Below, piece by piece: positions 1-12,379 of a DNA stretch of 64,000 nucleotides. Below the pieces are notes generated by a model. The model saw only the letters and a program-made list of their open reading frames with translations. It was not told the DNA's origin and did not search any database. Source of the stretch: Styela clava (Eukaryota). The first letter of the stretch is position 1, and every line of letters starts with the position of its first letter. The stretch spans positions 3,596,001-3,660,000 of the forward strand of contig NC_135259.1 in assembly GCF_964204865.1 (NCBI RefSeq). Reading direction: 5' to 3'. The position numbers were made by a program, and so were the translations under genes.

Positions 1-3000
1 TCCATTGCTCCATCGAGTGAACGCCACGCCGATCTCAAACTATCCCGATAACGTGATCGAAATTCGGTGATCTAGAAAAATTTTGTGATGCTGAGTTGAT
101 TGCAAAATGTTATTACCAAATTTGAAGGACGTGTCATTTCTGACACAGCCGATCTTGCTGACTAACTTTGGTGAAGGAAGAAGAAAAGATTTTTTCAACG
201 ATTATAAAAGGAACTCGTACAAGACTGAACATCGTTGACAAATATAAGAAGGTGTGACTCCGATTAGCAGTGGTTTACGGCTCAATATCTTGTTGCGCGT
301 GTGTCCGGGTATTTCCAGAATATTTAACTATGCTTCACAGGACATAATTATTACGCTTATACAGGGTGGCCCAAAAGTAGGTATACAGTTATTTTATTTA
401 TTTTTAATTACCTTCCAAGCAGCTAGAAAACTAATGTAAAATTCACACTAGATTTATTATCTAAAAAAATAAGCAATTTTTGTGGTACCTAACAAGTAAC
501 ATAAAGTGAACTGCAAGTAGCTTCAAAGCATACAAAATAGTTTAATAACTGTATACCTACTTTTGGGCCACCACCTACTTTTGGGACACCCTTTAGAGTA
601 CATCATTCAAATATATTCTCGATATTACCTGTTTTAAGTCGTATGGTGTCGAAAAGCGTTGAGTGGGTACGACAAAAACTGAATCAAAGTCCGGATTTCC
701 GCTCATGTATCTGAATGCAGATATTGTCACAAAACATTGAATATTTTTTAACCAACAAGTATTTTATGAACTTCATATTGTTTTATCTACATTTATTTTA
801 AATTGAACGATGTACATACTTATTTACAAGTTCGTTCCAGTTTTCTGAGAGAAATCTCCAAAACAAGTCACGTCCATATTCGTTATCTGAAATACTCAAT
901 AAACATAGGTATCCAGTCTTTATTCCGACCAATGTTTCATTACTGCAGTATTTTATAAGTCTTGAAAGTATCCAAGGCTCTTTGCTGCAGGATAATCCAT
1001 ACCTGAAATGTTATATATTGTTACAATCAAAGGATTTAGGAACTTATGAAAGTGAAAATTTAGTATTTTTTGCTTTTAATAGCATAAGGAGATGGGTAAG
1101 TATTCAACTACGTCGTTGGTCTAAGAACAGTTCTACAAATATAACTCGGATGTATCAGTTATATGAATAGAAGCGTCAACGTAAAAACCAATATGCATGG
1201 TGGGAATTTTAGTTCAACCATTGTATTCACCACTGAGTAGCGAAAGAGAACTTTTCTTTTTTAAAACATGTATAAATCAACATATCGGACCCTGCTTTTC
1301 GTCCATAGAAAAAAAGACTTCAATATTATACCAAACATATTCCACAAAAAGTAAGAAATAGCGGTTTAACAAATGTGGTTCTTGACGCAATAATATTAAT
1401 ATCACCTTAAATCTGCTTTCAACTGAGTATTTGTGCTATGCTGGTGTTTACTCCAAGCAAAATCCCATTCTTCTAGTCCGCCATGACGAATTGCAGCGCA
1501 GTACACGTATTTTCGGAATGTGCTTCTGATAATCCTAATGAAACACGAGCATCAATTTAAAATAATATGATCTACATTGAAAAAAAAATACAACAATGCC
1601 CAAATATACAGCCACAAAATTCGCGCATCGGAACGGCTACGGCGGTCGGACCTCAGAGAACCGAATTTGCTATAAAATTTGAGAAAGAACGTTATGACGT
1701 AAGCGATCAAACGCGCCTGAATAAAAAACGTTTTTTTCATTTAGCTAAAACAGAATAATTTAGGGTCAAATATTGGATCGTAAAAATCCTGAGAGAAAAT
1801 TTCAAAAAATATTGCACTTCTGCCGACTTGAAAAATTGATATAAGTAATACGATTCATATATATATACACTTCGTATCCAATTATGTAATATTTGGTATT
1901 TTTGCGATGATATGCCAGTGAAATTATTGTTTCTTTCAACTTTATTCACCTTTCTCTTTCTGGGTTCCGCATCCAACGACGGTAAAGTAATCTAGATTTT
2001 TCAATGCATGATGAGTCTTCGAATCCGCATGCAATTTTGACAGCTTCTCTTTTAGCCAATCTAAAAACAATATTATATATTGATCTATTCCAAGATATTT
2101 GTTTATATTTATAGCATTCGGGGGTATATTTTCCGATCTTTGTGCAGAGTCAACTTAAGACTGGTTTGGCAATACATTTTTAAATTTCTATATCTAAACG
2201 ACCAAAGAAGGTATTTGTCACCAACGTGAGCAGTACCAATCTATCATCCTCTCACACTCGTGCTCTGTCAACAAAATACCTTTTCTTATTTACAAAATTC
2301 TGTTCCGTTGTATTGAACTATTCAATGACAATAAATGTTTCAATTGCCGTGATACTTGAACTGCTTTAAATCTACCTTGACACACTTCATATTGAGGACA
2401 TAATAAACAGCTCCAACAGTGAAATCGTACGACTCTACTTACCTTTCGATTAAGGCAGAGTCCTTCAAATTGTTATCTATCCAAGTTTCTTCATTATAAA
2501 ATCCGCGAGTAACAAGGCTTCGGAAAAATTTCTACAAAATGCACTCGATTTTATTATATATATATATATATATATTGAGGAATGTTGCCATACCTATTAT
2601 ATTGCCATACCTATTATATTGGAATATTGCTATTGCATACCTTACCCGAAGAGTTGCAAAGTACACCAAATGCCCAACAACAGCTTACGTAAATAGATTA
2701 GATATTTTGCTGTATTCTCGTATACAAATTCGAAAGTTCCAGGTGAGCAGACTGATTGAAAAATTAGGAGTCACAACACAAATCATCAACTTAGAACAAT
2801 TAGGACGTTATTTCGTTACATTTTGTAATTGTTGCCATTATACATTTTTCTTATTTATAAGATTTAAGGAATAGAATAGAAGGAATTCATTTTTACCTGA
2901 AATTTTCCATAAATTTCCGATCTTCCAAACATATGATCAAAATATTCCATTGTTTGTGTGAAAGATCCCCATGGTACATATTCGTCTTCATTTGCCAAAT

Positions 3001-6000
3001 ATGTACTTATATCCAGAGCAAGAGTTATATCGAGTCTTCCTGACCTGAAATAAAAGAGACACATCTTAACGCTTCAATCTAGAAAAAGCTTTTTATTTAT
3101 TTATATTCTCAAAAAGCCAATTTAAAGATTTTGATTATTAAATATTTACTCAATAACTGGCTTCAACTAATAAGAACCATGATAACCATTTGTCGCAGTA
3201 TATATTTCTTGATTAGTTATTTACGTACCTTGCTAGTGTGAATGCGTCATCTATTAGTTGGGCTCTGTTTTCAACAGAAAATTCCTGAAACAATATTTGT
3301 GGTATTAAATGAATTTGTGATTTGCATATATACTTAAAAATTTCAATTCTGTGAAATATTATTACATCCAGCATCAAGCAAAGAATTTAATATTTGATGT
3401 TCATACTTGAGCAAGTTAAAGTCAAGTCGCGTTGAATTAAAAAGTGGAGTTCAATATCAATTAAAAAATTCCTGTTGGGAAAATTATTACGATATCTTGT
3501 AAAATTGTCCTAGTATAATCAGCAATAACTTCTAATTCTCGACGACCCAAAAGCACCATACGTTAAAATGACTAATAGGTATACATACAATTGTGTCTTG
3601 ACTATTTTACTAGGTCATTGTCAATTGCCTAATTGGATTTGCAAATCATAAGGAAACGAATTAAGATGACAAAACGATCAGGCATATGATATCGTATATA
3701 TAATATATATACGCGTTGTGAATTGACAATGGATGTGGTAATCAGTTTTAACGTGAAAAAAAGTTGAACAGTGTTATGTGTAAGTAATAAATTGTTTTAA
3801 TAAATTTTGTAGAAAATATTAAATCCATAGTTGCAAAAAGATTTTCCGAAAATTTATGTTATGATTATATACAACATAAAATATCCTGATGACGAAAATT
3901 TGAACAGTTTTATGTGTTTAAGTAATAAATTGTTTTACTAAATTTGTAAAATATATTAAATCTATAGTTACAAATAGATTTTCCGGAAATTTGTGTTATT
4001 CTTATACAACATAAAATATCCTGATGAACAATTAACATTGCCCTTAGTTAAATCAAGTTATTGTATAGTGTATATTCGTCAATAAGTGAATAGATTTTAT
4101 CCCAAAACAACTGTTATAAAGCCAAGATAATATTAATAAATTCAAATTCTAAATTGATAAAGGCTTTGGTGTTTTAATAACATTATGTCACTAACTAATT
4201 GCTCAAATACCTTATATTGATTCGACTTGAGTGTCTCTATTATTTTTTGCCAAGTATAGGCATCATACTTTACTCTGTAGTATCCGATTGCATCAATGTT
4301 TGCAAGAAGATATTCATTTTCACCAACATTAACTGCAATGAGAGTTTCTTTTGTCACTAACCACTTTTTGTAAAATAAAAGTCATTAACCTCGGAATTGA
4401 TATTTGAACTGTGTTCTTTGGATTTTATTCTGTTTCACACAGAAATTGAACAAGCATATAAAAGCAAATTTGAATACTCTATGTCAGCAGATGACATATA
4501 CACTTGACTAATTAGCTGAATTCGATTTTGATATTATTCCTAATTTTCTCAAATTCGTGTTGAATTGAATTATGGTATCACTGCTGGTTTCATTCTTGTA
4601 TTCTTGGAAAGGATCCTACTTGCTTACTTAAATTCAAAAAAAAGGTTAACAATATTCTATGAGCAAACAACATGCTTACAATGAAATCGAAATACTTTGT
4701 GGTAAAAAACATACTTGTAGTTGCGACCCCAGGTTCCATCCATTTCATTGAGATATTGTTTGAGTCTATTTGGGTACTTGTTTTGTAAGTCAGTGGCACG
4801 TACCATTTATAGCTAAATATTGAATTAAAGTAAATTCGTTGTAAAAATTCCATAAGATAGTATTATTCATAGAAATAACGCTGATATTTCTGTTTTATTG
4901 TGTTGTTGACAAGGGATTGACAACCAAAAAATGTGCTGTTCTAATGCACGATGATATTTGATCTCAACTAGTTTAATAATAGACAAAAGTTGAAATATTT
5001 ATTCTCACCCGTATGTTTCACTACTAGGTGTTTCTACTGGCACAGCATCTTCATCCATCAAAAAATATTCTTGTGAAATATTGTAACTATTCGTACCCGG
5101 AATTTTTTCAATGCTTATAAGGGGATATCCCATTTGCAACGTCCAAGTTTTCATTATTTCATTAACACTGGTAGGTAACCCAAGATCGGCGACTTGCGCT
5201 TGCTAAAGTTGAAAAATAAATCGTTTTCCTATTATGGATTTACTACTAACATGAGTCTAATTTGAATCAGATAATGAATAAAAATAGTGCGTTCTATTGG
5301 GCTTAGATCAGGGCTGTCCGACCTTTTTGGACGAAGGGCCACATTTAGTTTACGAAAGGTTGCGCGGACCACTTGACATGGCAGTTATGTTCTAGTTTTC
5401 ACTACACCGACTACAGATCAATGAAAAAACAAACAAAGCATCTAAATTATAAGAACAATGAAAATACGAAGATACAGTAAAGTTAAAGAGTTTTAACCAC
5501 ACATAGATATTTCAATGGGAAGTATGGCACTGCGTTTATCCAACAAGTTTGTCAATAGTAGGTACAGTGGAAGATGTAGCAATGCGGAGTGGATTTTTCA
5601 CGTGGCTGTCAGAAATTTTTGTTTCACAGGTGATTTTACATGGTTCATCCGTTAAAAATCTTGCTTGTGGAAGTAAATGCCGTCAAATATTGAGGTCATA
5701 GAACTGCCTCTTCTGGCTTCACAGAAAAAAGACATGCAAACAGATTGATATACATGGCCGACGATAAAAATAAATTCAAACATGTCTCACTAGCGACCAC
5801 AAATGGACCACAAATGGACACAAAAGAAGCTTTCAATAGCTAGGTGGTGCTTCTCGCGCGTATGAACGACAATTTTTTTAATATAGGTTTCAATAATGGC
5901 TCAGATTTGTGAAATACATTGGGATTCAAATAATAACGCGCGGGCCACTCGGGAACCGTCGGCGGGTCACATGTGGCCCGCAGGCCACGGGTTGGACGAC

Positions 6001-9000
6001 CCTCGCTTGGATACTCACTAGATAATTTCGTATGATCTGCAAAGTGATATTTTGCATTTGAACTGGCAATACACTGTTCAATATAGCAATTAAAATACTT
6101 ACATCTTCCCAATGTTGAAATAGGTCATTGTGAGTGGCAGAACCGAACGCTAAATTGCGTAGATATTGCTGAAAATTATCGAAATATACCTTAATCAGAC
6201 GGAAATTATTTTGTAATTTAGAGTATTGTTAAATCTCTCGCTACTGATTTAGTTTCTACGAGACTAACTCCTTCTTTTTCTTCTATGCTTTTGTGCCGGT
6301 GGATCCATATGCATATAATTCAGGGATGCTGTAGCAAGGTTTAAAGTTAACTTTTCTAAATGATTTAAACAAATCTTGCTGCACATTAACACAAAGATAT
6401 TTCTGTAACGTTTTGCCTGAACAAGGTCAGACTTCCTCAGGCATACATAACTCAAATATCACGTTCTGCTCAAATCATGTATGTTTGAGGAAGTCTGACC
6501 TTGGTCAAACGAAACGTTACAGAAATTTATTTGATCGGCAAGATTCTTTCTTGATCACTTGAATTCCTAAATATTTAGTAATTTTATAACATAAATGAAT
6601 AAACAGTAAGCAGTAAGAGAAGTTTTTTCCTCGATGCTTTTTAACTAGTATTTTTGCCTCTGATTCGTTGATACAAATTTAATAAAAAGACCTTCTGGTA
6701 CAGCAAAAACTATAAATTCTTCAACTTAATCATTTAGTGTTTAGGAAGTCTCTCACCCTTAATCCAGCAATAAAATTTTCTTCTCCTAAGAAGTTGTTAG
6801 TCATTCTTATCACGCTCGATCCCTGAAACATATAAAATCATAAGGAGCCAGATACGATGATAAAATCAGATACGACGACCATACCAGCAATACACAACCT
6901 TCAGTGAACTGAACTCATTGGTTACACGACCATTCAAATTTAATAATTTTTTTACACCACTATTGGAAACAGTAAGATATATTGCAGACATTTCTATTAG
7001 CACAATGTCGAAAGAATTTAAAAAACTGTTTTACTTTTTTATAGCTGATGACATCAAATTGGCTCCAGATTTCATCAGGGGTGTTGACAGGCTGAACCAG
7101 AGGATGAGACGTTGTGAACGCATCAGCTATTAATGCATCACGAAGACTTCCGATCACAAATCTTTGAAACTAAATTGAAATTGACTTTATAACTCATATG
7201 CTTACAAAATGTAGTAAAAACAAGAATTATTGATACACTTTAAAATTGTTTTAGACGTTTGATAAAGACAGAATTCAGTTAGATGACGTATATTGCAATT
7301 TTTCAGAATACCCCTCGACTAAGACTTGCAGATCAACTGAAACATAATAATACGACGACGGAAGTGTGTGGTTCTTATTGTGAGCAGTGTCAGTGATTGT
7401 AAGATTGCACGTTGTTACTTACAGTTTTCCATTCCGGCTGAACTTTTGCTTCACCTAGAAACCCGACGTAAGTTGCAAATCCTTCATTCAACCAAATGTC
7501 ATCCCACCACATTGGGCTCACAAGGTTCCCAAACCACTATGAGAAAATGATACCCAAGCTAAATTAACATAGAAAATTAACATTCGAAAACAAGGATACG
7601 CAATATTCGCCGGTTAGGTTTTAAGCCTTTTTCTACCGATAAAACTTATACAAAGCAGGATCGAATATAAATTTCTGCTCTTTGTCCAACTTGTATTTTT
7701 ACGGATACATTAAAGAAGCTAACCATATGTGCAAGCTCGTGGGACATTACATAAGTCAGGTCAATTTTATCTGTGATGGAAGAAGTTGATTTTTTGTACA
7801 AAATATTGCTTTCTGAGTATATAACCAATCCCCAGTTTTCCATCGCTCCGGCACCGAAATCAGGAAAAGCTAATTGATCTGGAAAATATAAATATGTATA
7901 AATGTAATGGAGTATCGGAGCCAAACTGTAGAAACTATTCATACAACTTTACTCTTTATGCTTCATTTTTGAAATGAATTCAATAATTTTATTGGCTAAA
8001 ATTAGATAACATTAAAATAATTGTATTTACACTACAATCATAGAAATAAGTTCATGCAATTAGTGAAATATGTAGCGAGACATTGTTCCAATTTAATGCA
8101 ACAAAGTTATACCAAAATAATAATTTTTTCTTTCAACTCTATCTGAAGATAAGGACGCCAAGCGTTACATTTTCTGTGTTGAACAAAGGGCCTGCTAGGG
8201 AGAGTAGGAATAACGTTGCGGTGTGTAGGTTGAATGAAAGAACTAAGTAAAAAACATTGAAAAAAGTAAACATAGTTTTATAAAAAAAGTAAGACATGAG
8301 TTTTACGTGTTCTCGATATTGACGAAATACATTGAATAAACTATTATGAGTTCGCTCAATCCAGACTTGTTTTTGATGGTGATCTTGTGTTGTGCTGTTT
8401 ATTTTAGTGACCAAATCTTGCCAAAATTTAGAACATTTTATTTATATTTAACAATTGGAAATTCAACTGATTCAAATTAGCATTTTTTACTTCCAACCTG
8501 CTTTTTGGAGCGGGTATTCAATGTTGAAATAGTGTTCAAAATACTGAAGTATCTTCGGTACAATTTTTGATGCATATTGTGCTTCGTTATTTGCGATTGC
8601 TTCTTTGCGAGCATAAATTCTTGTCTGAAGAAAGTAAACTTTTACGTTCGAGAAATCAGTAAGTTGAAAAAATAATTTTGCGATTTTTTTCTGGATTCTG
8701 ATTAACAATAGTAGTGACTTTGATTGAAGCGCCACAACACAGCTTTTCAGTGTAAGCGTGTCTACTATTGAAATTCTCAATATTTCATTCCGTGACCTAC
8801 ACAGAGCCACTGTTCATAATATATTTTAAGTGTTATATAAATACATACGATACTTGCTATTTATTTTGTTTAACATCTCTTTTTGGAGCCCCACAAGTCG
8901 CACAAACAAACGTCAACTGAAATACTTTTTTCATAAACGACACAGATAGCGAACAGAGAACCTCAAATTTTAGTTTAATAGATATTCACCATCTAACTCC

Positions 9001-11292
9001 CTTTAAGTACGATGCACTGCTATGCCTGTAATTTAAAGTTTTGTTTAAAATAAAAATAAAATGTACCTGTACTCCAGATTTCGTAAAAGTCTCTTCGTAA
9101 CCAAAATCACATATAACAAAAGCCAAGAGGTAGGTAGACATTTTCACTGTTTTGTCAAACGTTGTAGAATTCCACAATTCACCATCGACTGATTTTGTCT
9201 GTTCATTTAAGAAAAATAAAAATATACTCTTGAAATCCTTTGAACTCTGGTAGCTCAGCCCCATGTATGTTTGTTGATATGAAAAAACTTGGACTTTATC
9301 CTTTTTAACCGCTTCACTAGTAACTGTCGACTTATTATACACACTGGGGTAAACTTTAAAGTGGAAAAGTCCACGCTAAAATAAACAAGCAGCTAAGTAC
9401 CGTATACCAATACTCTCCAAATATAGAAGACAAAAGTACCTGAAAAGATATTGGCTTCATATTAGAGACTGCAAAATATCCCGTGCTGGCTTTATACCAC
9501 AAAGTGACTGAAAATTTAGCTTTCAGTGCGGGTTCGTCAAAGCATGGAAATGTTTCTCGCGCTCCAGTTGCCTCCATCTGTGTAGCAGCCATGACTCTGT
9601 TCAAAGTTCAAACATTTATTTACTCATTTTATTATGTCTACGTAAGAGTTACCGGTCGACCGAGCTTTTTCGAGTTCGTCTCGAATATGAATTGAAAAAT
9701 ATATTGAGATATTTCAACTCATATTTGACACATTGGCACTTAGGCTGAATTTTCCAACGAAAAAAGAGGTAATATCTGCAATTATTTAAGTAATATCGTC
9801 TTTTATCTTACTTTTTTTCTCCAGATCCATCAATAATTTCTACTCTGAAAAGCCCGTTCATGTCATTCTCAAATTCAGAAACAAAATCGGATACTGTGAG
9901 AACATAGTTTACACCTTTAGAGCAAACACTTCGAGTTTCAACAACAAGATATTGGTAAGGTTTGTAAAGAAATGCGCGCTCGAAAGGAAATTCTGCACCA
10001 TTTTCTATTCTGACATCAATTTGCTTTGCTGTGTAGTTTAGTTTTCTGGAATAAGCAAAAAATACAATGATATTTAAAGTTTTAGCATGCTTAGAATGTA
10101 CAACGTATTTGCGTAACAACTGATCGGCTCACCAGTTCCGCGCTTTTTATAGATTGCAAGTTGAAATTGTGATAATAGTCTATTTGTATAAAAAAAAATT
10201 TTTTTTTTCAGTAGGCTTTATACACGAAATATTTTTTGTATCCATTGGCACAAAGCACTAACAATTCAACCGAAAGAACATTTAATATTCGTTCACCTCT
10301 TTTCAACAAATTCGGCAAAGTTAAATCCGTAAATATTAATAAACATCACGGAATTATATTTAAGAAAACGAAGTTAATAAATGATAAAATACCCTGAAAA
10401 TATACAAATATCAGGCATATGTTACTGAAATATACAGATAAAATTCACAACGAATATACAGAAATAATTAGTAGCCTCACAATTGACATTTTTTTCCGCT
10501 GTAGGCTACTCACATGCTGTGTAAAATGATGTATTTAGTTGGAATGTTACAGATGTAAGTGACAGAAGATGATCCAGTGAATATATACATTCCTTCTTCA
10601 TTCTTCTCAAACTCTGGTCGAAGTTCAATTTCGTATTCTATCGGAATGAGATTCTTCGGCAATCTGATGTCGAGCCATGGTTCTGTTTCGGTCGACGCTT
10701 TTGCAAATGAAAGCAGACCTATACAAACATACTTTCACTGTTTTAAACTTATATATGCAACTTGGTAATTCAAATTAACAAATGTTTTTTCTATCTGACA
10801 GCGTGTGAAATTTTGCTAAATTTTTTATTGGTACCATGTCTGTAATTTTTGTGTCCAGTTTAGAAAACACAAAAGTGTGCGCCTGTCTAGACCGAGCTCT
10901 TGAACATGCCGTCAATATTTGTTACGAGTCGCACTTTCCATCGACCGTTGTTAAAAAAAGTTCCATCACATCTCACAGTCTCGAATTAGTACGGCGCACG
11001 TGAAAATTCTAACTAAAACTTTCAAATAAAACTTGGAACGTTACCCATGGGATATTTATAATTATTCTGACAAGGTTTGATTGGTATGATTCAAAAACCC
11101 GACACATTTATAAACCGCTACGGTATTGTTCAACATAAAAGATACCTTTCCCCGATTATTGCCGTAGCAGTATCCATCAATGTAAGTTTGTTAAATTTTG
11201 GCGGATCGTAGTGCTGAACATACACAATAAATTATTAAATATATATATAACTAACCCAGGGAAAATAATACTGAAAGTATTAAAATCTTCAT
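1..11292 (-). CDS. M1-family aminopeptidase N-like zinc metallopeptidase with predicted cleavable signal peptide; about 22 exons, last exon runs off the left edge
   Basis: Spliced by eye. Exon 1 (11292-11256, [13 protein letters not shown]|) joins in phase 1 to about 10718-10514 ([26 protein letters not shown]). Later exons give [18 protein letters not shown] (about 9597-9440), [11 protein letters not shown]...HELAHM (about 7879-7724), [18 protein letters not shown] (about 7537-7423), [34 protein letters not shown] (about 1535-1406), [11 protein letters not shown] (about 1003-820) and [24 protein letters not shown] (71-1, incomplete). GAMEN, HExxH-x18-E and the catalytic Tyr are intact. Confidence 0.93.
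362..593. mobile_element. Tc1/mariner-type MITE in the last APN intron
   Basis: Left TIR CAGGGTGGCCCAAAAGTAGGTATACAGTT and right AACTGTATACCTACTTTTGGGCCACC...CACCCTT. Flanked by TA at 360-361 and 594-595. About 18 bp of the right TIR is duplicated in tandem. Confidence 0.75.
3763..4028 (+). repeat. Imperfect tandem duplication, unit about 137 bp x2 (intronic)
   Basis: TTGAACAGT..TATGTG..AAGTAATAAATTG...ACAACATAAAATATCCTGATGA occurs at about 3763 and about 3900. Confidence 0.85.
5309..6004 (-). mobile_element. Non-autonomous hAT (Charlie/Buster-type) element with a decayed transposase C-terminus
   Basis: Termini CAGGGCTGTCCGACC and GGTTGGACGACCCTC. 8-bp TSD GCTTAGAT/GCTTGGAT (1 mismatch). 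Minus strand about 5510-5700 reads [60 protein letters not shown], which resembles the hAT dimerisation tail of GTF2IRD2/Charlie-like transposases. Confidence 0.85.
6370..6550. repeat. Long inverted repeat / palindromic MITE-like hairpin (intronic)
   Basis: ATTTCTGTAACGTTTTGCCTGAACAAGGTCAGACTTCCTCAGGCATACAT (from 6399) pairs with ATGTATGTTTGAGGAAGTCTGACCTTGGTCAAACGAAACGTTACAGAAAT (to 6526). Loop about 30 nt, with weaker pairing further out. Confidence 0.8.
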
Positions 11293-12110
11293 AACACTTT
11301 CAAGGGGAACAGACCGTCCTCGTTCTTTTAACTTCTTTCTATATACCTATAGAATACTTTCAAATTTGCTCATTCATACCACAAGAAGGATTTTTCAGTT
11401 ATAGCTATTGCGAGACATAAAGTTGTCGTAAATTTAATCGTTTGAATAAGTCTAATGTGACTTGTTTTACAAGATAAACCATCCGCTGAAGAATTTAACT
11501 GGGTCAGTCAAATATATACTTAACCTCAATAAACATTGTATGGACATCCGACGCCAAATTCTATTTATTTTCTTATCACCTCCATTGGCATTAGACTTTG
11601 CGCTTGATAGTGGTTTATATACTTTATGACTACAAAATGACAAAACACGTTCATCCTGTTGTCAACCTATTTATGAGGTTCTCCGTAGTATGATCACTAA
11701 CTTTAACACTAACTCAGGACAAACACATTTTTAGTAACTTTATTGCAAACAAATAATGTGTAGGCAAATGACATAATTGCTAGTTGGTCTACATTTAATA
11801 TCCTTACAGTTTAGTAGTAATATTTGAAATACATTAGAATTAATTAATGTCATCAGGCTGTTACTGGGTTTGAAAAGGCAGTTGGTTTTTATTTTCAAAA
11901 CATAGAGATTTAACAATCTCGCCCAACCGTTGTTGCGACCGACGATGCTGCTCCTACAGCTTCTGTTTTGCATACGATAGGAAAGAGCAAATGCATGCGA
12001 TTGTCGAAACGTGTGCCATGCTTGAAGTGTATGCGTATTTGTGAATCGATTTAGGCATCAAATCAAAATGTTTTTTTCGAATGAACGCTGCACCTATAGT
12101 TATGAGTTAT

Positions 12111-12200
12111 CAGTGGTTCGCAAACTTTTTTAGTCCCAGAGCCAAATTTCGAATCTCAAAATTCTGAAGAGCCGCACACAAACAACGCAAGTTAAAATAG
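12111..12200 (+). mobile_element. Isolated hAT-like terminus
   Basis: CAGTGGTTCGCAAACTTTTT...GAGCC...GAGCCGCAC resembles the other hAT ends in this window. No partner end found. Confidence 0.45.
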
Positions 12201-12379
12201 CAACAAAACTTAAACACGTATTAAAATACCAAGTCATCGTAACAACAACACGCGTAACAACTAGGGCTGGACAAAATATTCAAATAACGAATAGAATAAT
12301 AAAATATTCTAATGGCATTGTACGATTCGAATATCCGGTACCACGTGACCTGCGCCGCTTTGCTTGGACACCGAACTCG

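Noticed and set aside
11146-11214. Alternative first exon for the minus-strand APN ([10 protein letters not shown])
   Set aside because: It ends in phase 2, which is incompatible with the phase-1 acceptor at 10718. The 11292-11256 exon fits the phase and gives a signal peptide.
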